Assembly (NCBI GenBank): GCA_016938685.1
Contig: JAFGUD010000510.1
Coordinates: forward strand, 10,568 to 74,567
Direction of reading: 5' to 3'
Length of the DNA stretch: 64,000 nucleotides
Source of the DNA: Bacteroidales bacterium
GTDB taxonomy: Bacteria; Bacteroidota; Bacteroidia; Bacteroidales; JAFGUD01
Shown: one piece after another, positions 1-8,949 of the stretch
Position numbering within the stretch: the stretch's first letter is position 1
How the letters are laid out: each line of letters begins with the position of its first letter
Notes under the pieces: generated by a model
Told to the model about the DNA's origin: nothing
Database searches by the model: none
What the model saw: the letters and a program-made list of their open reading frames with translations, nothing else
Position numbers and translations under genes: made by a program

Positions 1-2
1 AC

Positions 3-1121
3 TTAGTTAGAGCTCAAAAAGATGCTGATTTAAGGCAAATTGAAAACACACAAAGAAACTGGGCTTCGCAAGGTATTGCGGTATTCAATGAGGTAATACG
101 AGACACAAGTAATAATCTGGAAGAACTTACAGATGCTGTTATTGAAAAATTAGTTAATTATACCGAATCCAATATTGGTGGACTTTTTATTGTTAACGAA
201 GATGAATATGATGAAAAATATCTTGAACTAAAATCTTTCTATGCATACGATAGACATAAATATATCCAACAAATAGTAAAACCCGGAGAGACTTTGGTCG
301 GACAATGTTATGTTGAAAATGACACAATTTATGTTTCAGAAGTACCAGAAGACTATATTGCTATTACATCGGGACTAGGTTCTGACAAACCAAGAAGCAT
401 TCTTATTGTTCCTCTTCAATTTAACGAAATAACATACGGTGTAGTTGAATTAGCAGCTTTTACACAATTTGAAGAATACAAAAAAGATTTCGTTGAAAAA
501 ATCAGTGAAACTATTGCATCTGCTATTTCTACTGCAAAAATCAACGCCAGAACATCTAAACTTCTTGAAGAATCAAATGAAAAATCAAAACGTCTAGAAC
601 AACAAGAAGTAGAAGCAAGAGAAAATATTTCGAGAGTAGAGGCAAATTTAAAGGATCTGCAAAACAAATATAAAATCAGTTTAGAAAGTAATGAATTGCT
701 TTCTGACGAAAAAGATGAAGTTTTAAAACAACTAGATAATTTCAAAAAAGAAACTAAAATTAAAATTGAGGAAGAAAAAGAAAGATTCACTATCTTGCAA
801 AGTGCAATCAATCAAACAATTCCTTATTATGAAATGAATGCGAACGGAGATATCCTTTATGCAAATCCGCTTTACATACAACTTCTGAACTTACCCGAAG
901 ATGAAGTATTCGATCACAGACATATCAGTTTTATTAGTCGTGATTACATTAACACCGGAAATTACAAACAAATTTGGGATGATTTAAAAGAACTCAAGAT
1001 TGTCAACACTTCTATTCAATATATGATTGATGGCAAAAGCAAATTCATTACAGAAAACATTATTCCAATATCTAACAAAAAGGACAAATTAGAAAAAATA
1101 ATAGTTTTCTGTTCAATTTAA
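3..1121 (+). CDS. GAF + coiled-coil + PAS sensory protein, 5' end outside the window
   Basis: Frame 3 is open from nt 3 (LVRAQKDADLRQIENTQ...), so the listed TTG at 294 is internal. GAF-like core (KPGETLVGQCY...ILIVPL...GVVELA), a ~110-aa charged heptad-like linker, and a PAS-like C-terminus. No output domain before the stop. Confidence 0.75.
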   Translation, partial: LVRAQKDADLRQIENTQRNWASQGIAVFNEVIRDTSNNLEELTDAVIEKLVNYTESNIGGLFIVNEDEYDEKYLELKSFYAYDRHKYIQQIVKPGETLVGQCYVENDTIYVSEVPEDYIAITSGLGSDKPRSILIVPLQFNEITYGVVELAAFTQFEEYKKDFVEKISETIASAISTAKINARTSKLLEESNEKSKRLEQQEVEARENISRVEANLKDLQNKYKISLESNELLSDEKDEVLKQLDNFKKETKIKIEEEKERFTILQSAINQTIPYYEMNANGDILYANPLYIQLLNLPEDEVFDHRHISFISRDYINTGNYKQIWDDLKELKIVNTSIQYMIDGKSKFITENIIPISNKKDKLEKIIVFCSI

Positions 1122-1145
1122 TTTTTTTGAAAAAAATCAAATCCT

Positions 1146-1739
1146 ATGAAAGTATGTTTTTTCTGTGCTTCAAGCGAAGCATTAGAACCCAAATTTTATT
1201 CTATTGCTAAAACCTTTGGCGAAAGTATTGTTGAAAAAAACTGGGAGCTTGTAACCGGCGGTTCAAACGTTGGTCTAATGAAAACTCTTGCACAAACCGT
1301 AAAATCATCTGGAGGTAGAAGTATTGGAATTATTCCTAAAATGTTTGATGATAAAAACCTGACTTGTTTAGATAATACAGAAATAATATTTACCAAAGAC
1401 ATGCAAGAACGCAAAAAGATGCTTTTTGATGTTTCTGATGCTTTTGTAATTTTACCTGGAGGTTTTGGCACATTAGATGAAATGCTTGAAATTATAACAT
1501 TGAAACAACTTGGACAATATAAAAAAGCTATTGTAATTTACAATCAAGACGGATTTTATGATAATATGCTAAAACAATTTAATGTGATTTTTGAAAGCAA
1601 TTTTGCAAAACCTCAAAATAAAAATGTTTATGTAGTCACACAAAACGTAGAAGAAACTTTAAACTATATTGAAAATTATCAAGAAGTAGAAATTGATTCT
1701 TATTGGTTTGACGTCACAAAAGACGCTTTTGAAGAATAA
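1146..1739 (+). CDS. LOG family protein (cytokinin riboside 5'-monophosphate phosphoribohydrolase-like, TIGR00730 type)
   Basis: GGSNVGLM and PGGFGTLDE motifs; ~197 aa, typical for the family. Confidence 0.85.
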   Translation: MKVCFFCASSEALEPKFYSIAKTFGESIVEKNWELVTGGSNVGLMKTLAQTVKSSGGRSIGIIPKMFDDKNLTCLDNTEIIFTKDMQERKKMLFDVSDAFVILPGGFGTLDEMLEIITLKQLGQYKKAIVIYNQDGFYDNMLKQFNVIFESNFAKPQNKNVYVVTQNVEETLNYIENYQEVEIDSYWFDVTKDAFEE

Positions 1740-1740
1740 A

Positions 1741-1770
1741 AAAAAACCGACTTTATGTCGGTTTTATATT
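1741..1770. terminator. Bidirectional rho-independent terminator between LOG (+) and proS (-)
   Basis: Stem aaccgac (1745-1751) / gtcggtt (1757-1763), 5-nt loop. A-run on the 5' side and T-rich tract on the 3' side. Confidence 0.75.
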
Positions 1771-1817
1771 TTTAACCCTGATTATTAGACCTGAATAAAA
1801 TTCATAAATTATATGGG

Positions 1818-3290
1818 TTAATATGACTTAGCAAATAATACTCGTCGCATTGAAGGCTTTCCTGAAAAAACACATTTCCCTTCTTCTTCAGGTGCATCTG
1901 TAGGAATAACTCTAATTGTAGCTCTTGTTTCTTCCTGTATTCTTTCTTCGGTTTCTTTTGTTCCGTCCCAATGTGCAAGTACAAAACCGCCTTTGTTTTC
2001 AATTACATCTTTAAATTCGTCCCAAGTTTCTACTTTTCTTGTGTTTTCTTCCCTGAATTTCAAAGCTTTATCAAAAATATTTTGTTGAATATCATCTAAT
2101 AATTTAGCTATATCTTCAACTATATTATCCTGAGAATATATTTTCTTTTCCAAAGTGTCTCTACGCACAACTTCAACGGAATTATTCTCAATATCACGCT
2201 GACCAATTGCCAATCTTACAGGAACACCTTTAAGTTCGTATTCAGCAAATTTCCATCCAGGAGATTGTTTAGAATCTTCGTCAAATTTAACAACCAAACC
2301 TTTTGCCTGCAATCCTTCTATTATTGGGTTTACTTTTTCTTTAATAATTTCAAGCTGTTCAGGTTTACGGAAAATCGGAACAATAACTACGTGAATTGGA
2401 GCAAGTTTTGGAGGAAGAACAAGTCCTTTATCGTCGGAATGAGACATAACTAATGCTCCCATCAAACGAGTAGAAACACCCCAAGATGTAGCCCAAACAT
2501 ATTCCTGTCTGCCATTTCTATCAAGATATTTAACATCAAATGCTTTTGCAAAATTTTGACCCAAAAAGTGAGAAGTTCCGGCTTGAAGTGCTTTTCCATC
2601 TTGCATCAATGCCTCGATAGCATAAGTTTCATCAGCTCCGGCAAATCTTTCTCCCTCTGATTTTACTCCGGTATGAACAGGAATTGCCAAAAAGTTTTCT
2701 GCGAAATTCTTATATATATCTAACATAAGTTCTGCTTCTTGTATTGCATCTTCTTTTGTTTCATGAGCAGTATGCCCCTCTTGCCACAAAAACTCTGCAG
2801 TACGAAGAAATAAACGGGTTCGCATTTCCCATCTTACAACATTTGCCCATTGATTAATAAGCAATGGTAAGTCGCGGTATGATTGAATCCAATTTTTGTA
2901 TGTGTTCCAAATAATAGTTTCAGAAGTTGGTCTAACAATCAACTCTTCTTCTAATTTTGCTTCCGGATCTACCATTAAACCACTGCCATCGGGTTTTGCT
3001 TTTAATCTGTAATGTGTAACAACTGCAGCTTCTTTTGCAAATCCTTCTACGTGTTTTGCTTCTTTTTCAAAAAACGATTTTGGGATAAAAAGAGGAAAAT
3101 AAGCATTTTGATGACCAGTTGCTTTAAATTGTTTGTCTAGTTCATCTCTCATTTTTTCCCAAATGCTAAATCCGTATGGTTTAATTACCATACAACCTCT
3201 AACTGCTGATGTTTCAGCTAATCCGGCTTTTACCACTAATTCATTGTACCATTTTGAATAATCTTCTAATCTTGTTGTTAGATTTGCCAT
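1818..3290 (-). CDS. proS: Proline--tRNA ligase (archaeal/eukaryote-like class II form typical of Bacteroidota)
   Basis: Start chosen at the internal ATG 3290 ([26 protein letters not shown]...), which matches the usual ProS N-terminus. The 15-codon extension to 3335 would overlap the predicted promoter box. Confidence 0.9.
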   Translation of the reverse strand: MANLTTRLEDYSKWYNELVVKAGLAETSAVRGCMVIKPYGFSIWEKMRDELDKQFKATGHQNAYFPLFIPKSFFEKEAKHVEGFAKEAAVVTHYRLKAKPDGSGLMVDPEAKLEEELIVRPTSETIIWNTYKNWIQSYRDLPLLINQWANVVRWEMRTRLFLRTAEFLWQEGHTAHETKEDAIQEAELMLDIYKNFAENFLAIPVHTGVKSEGERFAGADETYAIEALMQDGKALQAGTSHFLGQNFAKAFDVKYLDRNGRQEYVWATSWGVSTRLMGALVMSHSDDKGLVLPPKLAPIHVVIVPIFRKPEQLEIIKEKVNPIIEGLQAKGLVVKFDEDSKQSPGWKFAEYELKGVPVRLAIGQRDIENNSVEVVRRDTLEKKIYSQDNIVEDIAKLLDDIQQNIFDKALKFREENTRKVETWDEFKDVIENKGGFVLAHWDGTKETEERIQEETRATIRVIPTDAPEEEGKCVFSGKPSMRRVLFAKSY

Positions 3291-3343
3291 AACTAATTGA
3301 TTGTGATTTAGTATAATATTGTGTATTGTTTCCAAAAACTTTG

Positions 3344-3351
3344 CAAAAGTA
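3344..3351 (-). promoter_or_regulatory. Bacteroidota -7 box (TAnnTTTG) upstream of proS
   Basis: Minus-strand tacttttg, 54 nt upstream of ATG 3290. Confidence 0.45.
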
Positions 3352-3439
3352 GTTTATAAAATTTAAAATAGAAAAAAGCAACTGTAAATATAGCCTATCA
3401 AAATAAAATATATTAAATAAAAAACTGATTTAAAGCAGA

Positions 3440-4855
3440 TTACCCATTCCACTCAAATGCAAGAATAGTCACATCATCTAACTGACGGTGAGTTCCTTTC
3501 CATTCAAAAAAATATTTTAGCATCACATTTTTTTGTTCATCAAAGCTTTTGGGAGCTACTTCTTGAAGAATTTCAACAAAACGACGTTTAGTCAATTTTC
3601 TTCTTTTTTCTCCTCCTATTTGATCAAAAAAACCATCGCTGGAAAGATATATTTTATCTCCTTTTTGTAATGTTATTTCATTATTCACAAATGGAATTTC
3701 TTTGTAAAAATATCCTACCGGATTTTTTACTGCGTCATACTGTATAACCTCATTATTTCTGTATAAAAACAATGGAATATTAGCACCGGAATATTGCAAA
3801 TTATTTGTTTTGGTATCTATTGCACACAAAGCCAAATCAAGACCATGTAAATCTTTTGTACTAAAAAAAGTAAAAGTAGCTTTTACTCTTTCTCTAAGTG
3901 CGTCCAAAACTTTATTAGCAGAATTAACTTCGTCTCTGTGAATAATATCATGCAACAATGAAATTGACAAAACAGAAAGTAAAGCCCCGGGAATACCGTG
4001 TCCGGTACAATCTCCAACGGCAAAAATCATGTACTCATTTAGCTGATTAACGTAATAAAAATCACCACTAACTTTTGATAAAGGCATAAAAATCAGGAAA
4101 TAATTTTTCAAGGTAGTTTGCAAAAGATCATTGCTTGGGAATAATTTTGACTGGATAATTTTTGCATACTCTATACTTTCATCAAGATTTTGGTTTACTT
4201 CCTGCAAGTCCATCTGACTAATCATTAGCTCATTATGGGCTTCTTTTAATTGCACATTAAATTTCTCAATCTTTTTAATGTGTTTTTCGTTTTCCTGAAT
4301 TAAATTATTGTAGTCTGTTCTTGTTTTTTCGGCTACAAATTCAAAAATAAAAGACAAAATCCAAACAAAAAAATACCCTGTAAAAAATCTTGTTAAAAAA
4401 TATGGTGTGAACCTAACACGAACTTCAAAAAGCTGATATCTTATAATGACAATTGTTGAAATGATAAGTAGAAAAGTTAAAATTGTTCCTTTCCACTTTC
4501 CTAAAACAGTTATTGCTAAAAGAGGAAATGCAAAATACCAAAAGAAACCGTAAGCATTTTTAGTTAACTCAAAAAACAAAAAATATTCAAATAAAAAAGT
4601 AATTAAAACAATGCTCCAACTTCCAAATCTAATATTTTTAGTGTTCTTAAATAATAGGAACGAAACTAATGTTACAAGTAGAAATGTTCCAACAAAAATA
4701 TAATTATTTGTTTTTAAAGTGCCTAGTTCTATAATAGTAAACAAAGACAATATAAAAATAGCTCCAGTAAAAAACATTGTAACAAGAGCATTTGTTCTAA
4801 CGTAATAATCGTTAAAATTAAGTTCTTTAATGTTTTTTATTTGTTTTAATAGCAT
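3440..4855 (-). CDS. Membrane-anchored PP2C/SpoIIE-family serine/threonine phosphatase (SiaA/RsbU-like)
   Basis: N-terminal ~170 aa with about 6-7 hydrophobic helices, then a coiled-coil linker. C-terminal PP2C signature (GDFYY...GDCTGHGIPGA...SSDGFFDQ...DDVTILAF). Confidence 0.85.
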   Translation of the reverse strand: MLLKQIKNIKELNFNDYYVRTNALVTMFFTGAIFILSLFTIIELGTLKTNNYIFVGTFLLVTLVSFLLFKNTKNIRFGSWSIVLITFLFEYFLFFELTKNAYGFFWYFAFPLLAITVLGKWKGTILTFLLIISTIVIIRYQLFEVRVRFTPYFLTRFFTGYFFVWILSFIFEFVAEKTRTDYNNLIQENEKHIKKIEKFNVQLKEAHNELMISQMDLQEVNQNLDESIEYAKIIQSKLFPSNDLLQTTLKNYFLIFMPLSKVSGDFYYVNQLNEYMIFAVGDCTGHGIPGALLSVLSISLLHDIIHRDEVNSANKVLDALRERVKATFTFFSTKDLHGLDLALCAIDTKTNNLQYSGANIPLFLYRNNEVIQYDAVKNPVGYFYKEIPFVNNEITLQKGDKIYLSSDGFFDQIGGEKRRKLTKRRFVEILQEVAPKSFDEQKNVMLKYFFEWKGTHRQLDDVTILAFEWNG

Positions 4856-4889
4856 TTCCGATTTTTATTTTTAAAAACTAAAATAAAGT

Positions 4890-4897
4890 CAAATATA
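4890..4897 (-). promoter_or_regulatory. -7 box TATATTTG upstream of the PP2C phosphatase gene
   Basis: Plus-strand caaatata, 35 nt upstream of start 4855 and just downstream of a terminator. Confidence 0.5.
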
Positions 4898-4912
4898 TAA
4901 TTTTTTTTGGGC

Positions 4913-4943
4913 ATAAAAAAAACAAAGCGATTAACTTTGTTTT
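4913..4943 (-). terminator. Rho-independent terminator after the SiaB/SiaC-like bicistron
   Basis: Stem aacaaag (4921-4927) / ctttgtt (4935-4941). On the minus strand it is followed by T8 (A-run 4915-4922 on the plus strand). Confidence 0.75.
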
Positions 4944-4968
4944 TAATTTTTTAAATAACAGAAAGCTA

Positions 4969-5352
4969 TTATTCTTCTATTTCAATCATTTTAAAAGGTA
5001 TTTTCAGGATAGACTGATAGTCCTCGCCAGCTTCTAACATATCTTCATCGTCTTCTTCATAATACCAGTTAATAACAACGTCCTTTTCATCTTGTTTATT
5101 TATTGACTCTAGCTTTTTAAATATATCTAAAATACATTTTGAAGAACTTGTGTTAAAATATTCAAGTTGAATATTAGCCTGAGTAAGTTGTTTACACTGT
5201 TTTGAGTAATCTTCCAACCAATCAACAAGAGGCTTAAAAAACTCAATTGCGTTTTCTGGAATTGATCGACCTTTCATCTCTAAAACACCTGAATCCGGTT
5301 CAAATTTTATTGTTGGTGTTTTTGCTGTTCCTGTTATTTCAAGTTTATCCAT
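4969..5352 (-). CDS. DUF1987 / SiaC-family regulatory phosphoprotein
   Basis: 127 aa with the family hallmarks PTIKF..., GRSIPEN, FFKPLVDWLEDY and the YFNTSSSK motif (Thr68). Confidence 0.85.
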   Translation of the reverse strand: MDKLEITGTAKTPTIKFEPDSGVLEMKGRSIPENAIEFFKPLVDWLEDYSKQCKQLTQANIQLEYFNTSSSKCILDIFKKLESINKQDEKDVVINWYYEEDDEDMLEAGEDYQSILKIPFKMIEIEE

Positions 5353-5355
5353 AGA

Positions 5356-5898
5356 CTAATTTTTATGTTCCAAAAATATAGAAAAATTGAAAAAATACAA
5401 ATTTTTATTAAAAATTAAATGTTTGTATTCGAGCTTTTGTTGCGATTTCCTTTTAATATCAATCATTCCAAGACCACCTCCTCCTTTCTCGCTAAACTCA
5501 TTATTATTAAGTACTGTTTTATATAAGTGCTTTATTTCGTCTTCGCTTAACAGATTTAACTGCTCTATTCGGCTGACTAAAGTATTAAATTTGGTTCGGT
5601 TTACAAAATTAGCTGCACTTATTTTATATATTTTATCTGAAATTCTATTTATGACAAAATGAAAATACCCAAGTGGCAAATTATCAACTATTATTTTTGA
5701 CGCGTGATGATGAATATTCTGCAAAAGCTCCACAGAAATAAAAAAAAGTTTTCTTCTTATTTTACGTTCATCACATTCAATATCATCAACGGCATGCAAT
5801 AATTTTTGCAATACATCCTCAGTATATTCTCCTTTGTAATTGATGATTGTTTCGCCTTCATCTATTAAACTTTCATAAAATAAGTCAACATCAACCAT
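5356..5898 (-). CDS. SiaB-family protein kinase (GHKL/anti-sigma-kinase-like)
   Basis: 180 aa. N-box-like ELLQNIHHH and G-box GGGGLGMIDIKR. Its stop is separated from the DUF1987 start by a 3-nt gap. Confidence 0.8.
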   Translation of the reverse strand: MVDVDLFYESLIDEGETIINYKGEYTEDVLQKLLHAVDDIECDERKIRRKLFFISVELLQNIHHHASKIIVDNLPLGYFHFVINRISDKIYKISAANFVNRTKFNTLVSRIEQLNLLSEDEIKHLYKTVLNNNEFSEKGGGGLGMIDIKRKSQQKLEYKHLIFNKNLYFFNFSIFLEHKN

Positions 5899-5928
5899 TC
5901 TTAAATTAAATTAAGATTAAAATTTCGA

Positions 5929-5936
5929 CAAATATA
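5929..5936 (-). promoter_or_regulatory. -7 box TATATTTG upstream of the SiaB-like gene
   Basis: Plus-strand caaatata, 31 nt upstream of start 5898. Confidence 0.5.
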
Positions 5937-5987
5937 ATTAAAATCTGTTTAAATATTTTCTTTTTTTGACAAAAGACTTAATAAAAT

Positions 5988-6015
5988 AAAGGTTGCAAAT
6001 AATTCAGCAACCTTT
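5988..6015 (-). terminator. Terminator hairpin downstream of the thiolase gene
   Basis: 9-bp stem aaaggttgc (5988-5996) / gcaaccttt (6007-6015), followed on the minus strand by ATTTTATT. Confidence 0.6.
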
Positions 6016-6026
6016 ATGTTTTTTTA

Positions 6027-7271
6027 TTATATTGTTTTTTTGTAAACAATTGCAATTAGAGTTTTATCATCACCGCCCATATTTACTGATAGTCCATAAG
6101 GTTTGTCTTTACTAATTACAATCTGTGCATCACCTGCTTTTCCGGTCATCTGTTGCCAAATTGTTACTGCCATGTGAATGCCGGTTGCTCCTGTCGGATG
6201 TCCCCAGCCAATTAGTCCTCCTGTTGTATTCATTGGTATTTTTCCGTCACGAGCAGTATGCCCTTCAAATACAAAGTCTGCTCCTTTTCCTGGTTCTGCT
6301 AAACCAAGAGCTTCTACAGCCAAAATTCCGGCAATAGTAAAGCAGTCATGAGTTTCAACTGTTCCAATGTCATTCATTGTAATTCCGGCGTCTCTCAATG
6401 CTTCTTCTACTGCTTTTTTATAAGTTGTTAATTCTAAAAGATTTTCAGGCAATTTTGTAATGTCATCAATTGCTTGTCCATAAGCAACAACTTCAACTGC
6501 ATCTGAAAAAGGTATTCCCATTTTATCTAATCCTTCTTTTGATGCTACAATAATTGCAGAAGCTCCATCGGAAACTTTTGAACAATCAAAAACATTAAGA
6601 TTATCGACAAAAGCACTTCCGTTTGGTTTTACTTTGTGATAAAGTGCCTCCAAATCCGGTGTATCGTTGTGATATTCTTGGGAAGTGGGGTCTAAACGAG
6701 CATTTTCAATCATGTTTTTAAACCAACGTCCAAACCCTTTTCTTGAATAATCATATCCATAAGCATCAAAATATGCTCCGGCTCTGTCGCTAAATTGTCC
6801 GGGAAAGAAATATGCGTGTCCTTCTTTTCTCATTCCTACCCAACCGGCTTGCGCTAAAATATCTGCTCCGTAAATAGCTTTATAAGTATTTTGAACCTCT
6901 ACTCCCAAAGTTAAAACAACATCTGCTACGTCTGCCAACACAGAACGAAAAGCAGTTGCTAATCCCATTGCTCCGGAACCACAAGCTCCTTCGACTCTTG
7001 TGCCGGGTTTAAATCGCAATCCTTCGTCGATATATGGAAGAAATGCGGCCAAATTTGCCTGATGATTGTACCGTGAAGCAATAAAGTTAGAAACTACTCC
7101 TTCGTCAACATTTTTTGCTCCGCCAATTTGTTTTAAAACACCCTGACCGGCTTCTTTGATGTATTCTTCTAATCCGGGTCTTGCTTTTTTGGGATTAAAT
7201 TCTTTTCGGCCTGATCCCATGGCTACCGTATTGTAACCGGCTGTTAAATATATTTTTTTTCTTAATTTCAT
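6027..7271 (-). CDS. Thiolase-family acetyl-CoA C-acyltransferase (SCP-x/archaeal-like subtype)
   Basis: VEGACGSG (nucleophilic Cys), HDCF, GHPTGATG and NMGG motifs; 414 aa. Confidence 0.85.
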   Translation of the reverse strand: MKLRKKIYLTAGYNTVAMGSGRKEFNPKKARPGLEEYIKEAGQGVLKQIGGAKNVDEGVVSNFIASRYNHQANLAAFLPYIDEGLRFKPGTRVEGACGSGAMGLATAFRSVLADVADVVLTLGVEVQNTYKAIYGADILAQAGWVGMRKEGHAYFFPGQFSDRAGAYFDAYGYDYSRKGFGRWFKNMIENARLDPTSQEYHNDTPDLEALYHKVKPNGSAFVDNLNVFDCSKVSDGASAIIVASKEGLDKMGIPFSDAVEVVAYGQAIDDITKLPENLLELTTYKKAVEEALRDAGITMNDIGTVETHDCFTIAGILAVEALGLAEPGKGADFVFEGHTARDGKIPMNTTGGLIGWGHPTGATGIHMAVTIWQQMTGKAGDAQIVISKDKPYGLSVNMGGDDKTLIAIVYKKTI

Positions 7272-7283
7272 CTGTTTAAATTT

Positions 7284-7318
7284 TGAATAATGAATAATGA
7301 ATATCGAATAATGAAGTG
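7284..7318. repeat. Heptamer tandem block (5 units: tgaataa tgaataa tgaatat cgaataa tgaagtg)
   Basis: Read directly. Begins 13 nt from the thiolase start codon. Confidence 0.9.
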
Positions 7319-7395
7319 AAATTTAATCATTTCCTTGTGTGTAAATAATTATTTTTACATGTTCGTTTCATCTGTTTATTTTTTTAATTAAAGAA

Positions 7396-7427
7396 GTTTT
7401 CGAGTTTACCAGTTTTCGAGTTTGATT
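7396..7427. repeat. Octamer tandem block (gttttcga gtttacca gttttcga gtttgatt)
   Basis: Read directly. Same GTT..C.A word family as 17830-17965 and 24445-24532. Confidence 0.9.
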
Positions 7428-7453
7428 TATTTGAACAATCAATTATTAACCAT

Positions 7454-7495
7454 TAATTATTAATTCTTAGTTCTTAGCTCTTAATTATTTAATTA
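7454..7495. repeat. Heptamer tandem block (taattat taattct tagttct tagctct taattat ttaatta)
   Basis: Read directly. Ends at the base before the HADH stop codon (7496-7498). Confidence 0.85.
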
Positions 7496-8836
7496 TTAGT
7501 TTTTCAAAAAGTCATTTATTGGACCATAAGCGTGGAAAAATCCGGTCATTAGAACAGTATTTACATCATCTACGCTAAATGCAACTTTTGTATCAACTAA
7601 TTTTTGTCCAATTTTTCTTGAGCATTCCATATATCTCTTAGTTAAATCAGCTCCGAGAGTTTTCATACCTGAAACTTCATTAAACATTTCGCCTAAAACC
7701 TCCATTTTGTTTTTCATTCTAAGAGTAGATTTCCAAGCAACAGTTTTTTCAGGAAGATTTCCTATTCTCTTATCTGCATTTTCTTGAAAGCTTTCAAACA
7801 TTACATATTGTTTAGAATTAATGTCGTAAATAGCAATCGGTCTGCCTCTATCGTATTTAAGGAAACCATCTTTTTGAGAACCGTCGGAATTTTGTCCACC
7901 TTTAACACCTATTTCCATCATTTTGTCTAACAAATCACTATGTAAATCTTCATCAGCAAGATAAGGGTTCATAACACTCATAATATACTGACAAACATCA
8001 ACCCCCACATAATCAATAAGTTGAAAAATACCCATTGGGCGAACCATAAATTCCTGCGAAACTCTGTTTACTGTATAAAGTGCTTCTGCATATGGCATTT
8101 CTGCGGTAAGTCTTTGTACTTCATTTATTCCATGAATAGCATCGCGCATAAAATGTCCATTTCCAATAAATCCTGCGAAATCATTAGAAGGAACAACTAC
8201 TTTACCTAGATTTTTTGCATATTCTACGGCAAAAGTTTCTATTTCGGGCAATGTGTTTTCGCCTTTTATTAGCTCCACAAGTTTTTGAATAGCCGGTGGA
8301 TTATAAAAATGGAATCCTATCACTTTTCCGCCTAATTGTGCACTTTTGTCAAGATTTGAAATTGGAATTGAAGAAGTATTTGAAAAAAACCAGGTTTCTG
8401 CTGCACAATTTTCACGAACCTGAGTTAAAAGTTTTGTTTTAAGAGCGGGATTTTCAATAACAGCTTCAAAAACAATATTTGAATCATAAGCAGATTCTAA
8501 TCTTGTAGTTGGTCTTACAATTTTTAGCACATCCCAAACATATTGTTCAATAATGTCAAAATTTTCAACTAAATCAGCTCTATCTGCATATAAACCTCTA
8601 AGGGAAACCATCTTTTTTTCACCAATTTTTTTGGCTTGTACCCTTAAATAATCCATTAAACCGGTTAAACACTCCGAACAAACATCTATTGCGTTTAAAA
8701 CATAATGTTTGTTTTTATTTTCAGGTTTGAGGCTTAAATCAGCCATTTCAATTGCTGTTAAAAGTAAAATACCACTCCCCATTTTACCGGCAGCCCCAAT
8801 TACTGAAACTTTTTGTAAACGTTCTGAATATTCCAT
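7496..8836 (-). CDS. 3-hydroxyacyl-CoA dehydrogenase family protein
   Basis: N-terminal Rossmann VSVIGAAGKMGSGI; HFYNP and IGNGHF-type motifs of the HADH family; 446 aa. Confidence 0.85.
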   Translation of the reverse strand: MEYSERLQKVSVIGAAGKMGSGILLLTAIEMADLSLKPENKNKHYVLNAIDVCSECLTGLMDYLRVQAKKIGEKKMVSLRGLYADRADLVENFDIIEQYVWDVLKIVRPTTRLESAYDSNIVFEAVIENPALKTKLLTQVRENCAAETWFFSNTSSIPISNLDKSAQLGGKVIGFHFYNPPAIQKLVELIKGENTLPEIETFAVEYAKNLGKVVVPSNDFAGFIGNGHFMRDAIHGINEVQRLTAEMPYAEALYTVNRVSQEFMVRPMGIFQLIDYVGVDVCQYIMSVMNPYLADEDLHSDLLDKMMEIGVKGGQNSDGSQKDGFLKYDRGRPIAIYDINSKQYVMFESFQENADKRIGNLPEKTVAWKSTLRMKNKMEVLGEMFNEVSGMKTLGADLTKRYMECSRKIGQKLVDTKVAFSVDDVNTVLMTGFFHAYGPINDFLKN

Positions 8837-8872
8837 AATTTCTGAATTTTTATATATCTAATTAAACTAATA

Positions 8873-8880
8873 CAAATATA
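8873..8880 (-). promoter_or_regulatory. -7 box TATATTTG upstream of the HADH gene
   Basis: Plus-strand caaatata, 37 nt upstream of start 8836. Confidence 0.5.
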
Positions 8881-8949
8881 GTAAACTTATTGTATTCAAA
8901 AAATTAATTATTATGGTTGAAAAAAAAATGTGATTTTTGCAGGAAAAAA

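Noticed and set aside
416-811. Antisense or overlapping ORFs inside confidently assigned genes: 416-811, 1196-1471, 2265-2453, 5387-5662, 6125-6337, 8021-8209, 11094-11420, 13884-14138, 16729-16932, 17354-17602, 18290-19217 set, 20490-20738, 23525-23797, 25335-25697, 28648-28833, 32548-32913, 34275-34463, 35916-36116, 36759-37010, 37433-37708, 38030-38233, 38526-38741, 39025-39291, 40026-40232, 41953-42984 set, 46265-46450, 52098-56829 set, 61774-62094, 62838-63666 set
   Set aside because: Each lies wholly or mostly within a longer ORF that has clear family motifs on the other strand or in another frame. Their compositions are low-complexity, typical of shadow ORFs in AT-rich DNA.
1802-2002. 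66-aa minus-strand ORF overlapping the 3' end of proS in another frame
   Set aside because: It lies inside or overlaps proS and the terminator region and shows no independent signals.
8917-8949. TTG start at 8917 for the DUF364 gene, giving the N-terminus MKKKCDFCRKK
   Set aside because: The first ATG (8950) gives an N-terminus of normal length for the family. The TTG extension is Lys/Cys-rich and A-rich and lies close to the divergent HADH promoter. It is kept as an alternative at low probability.
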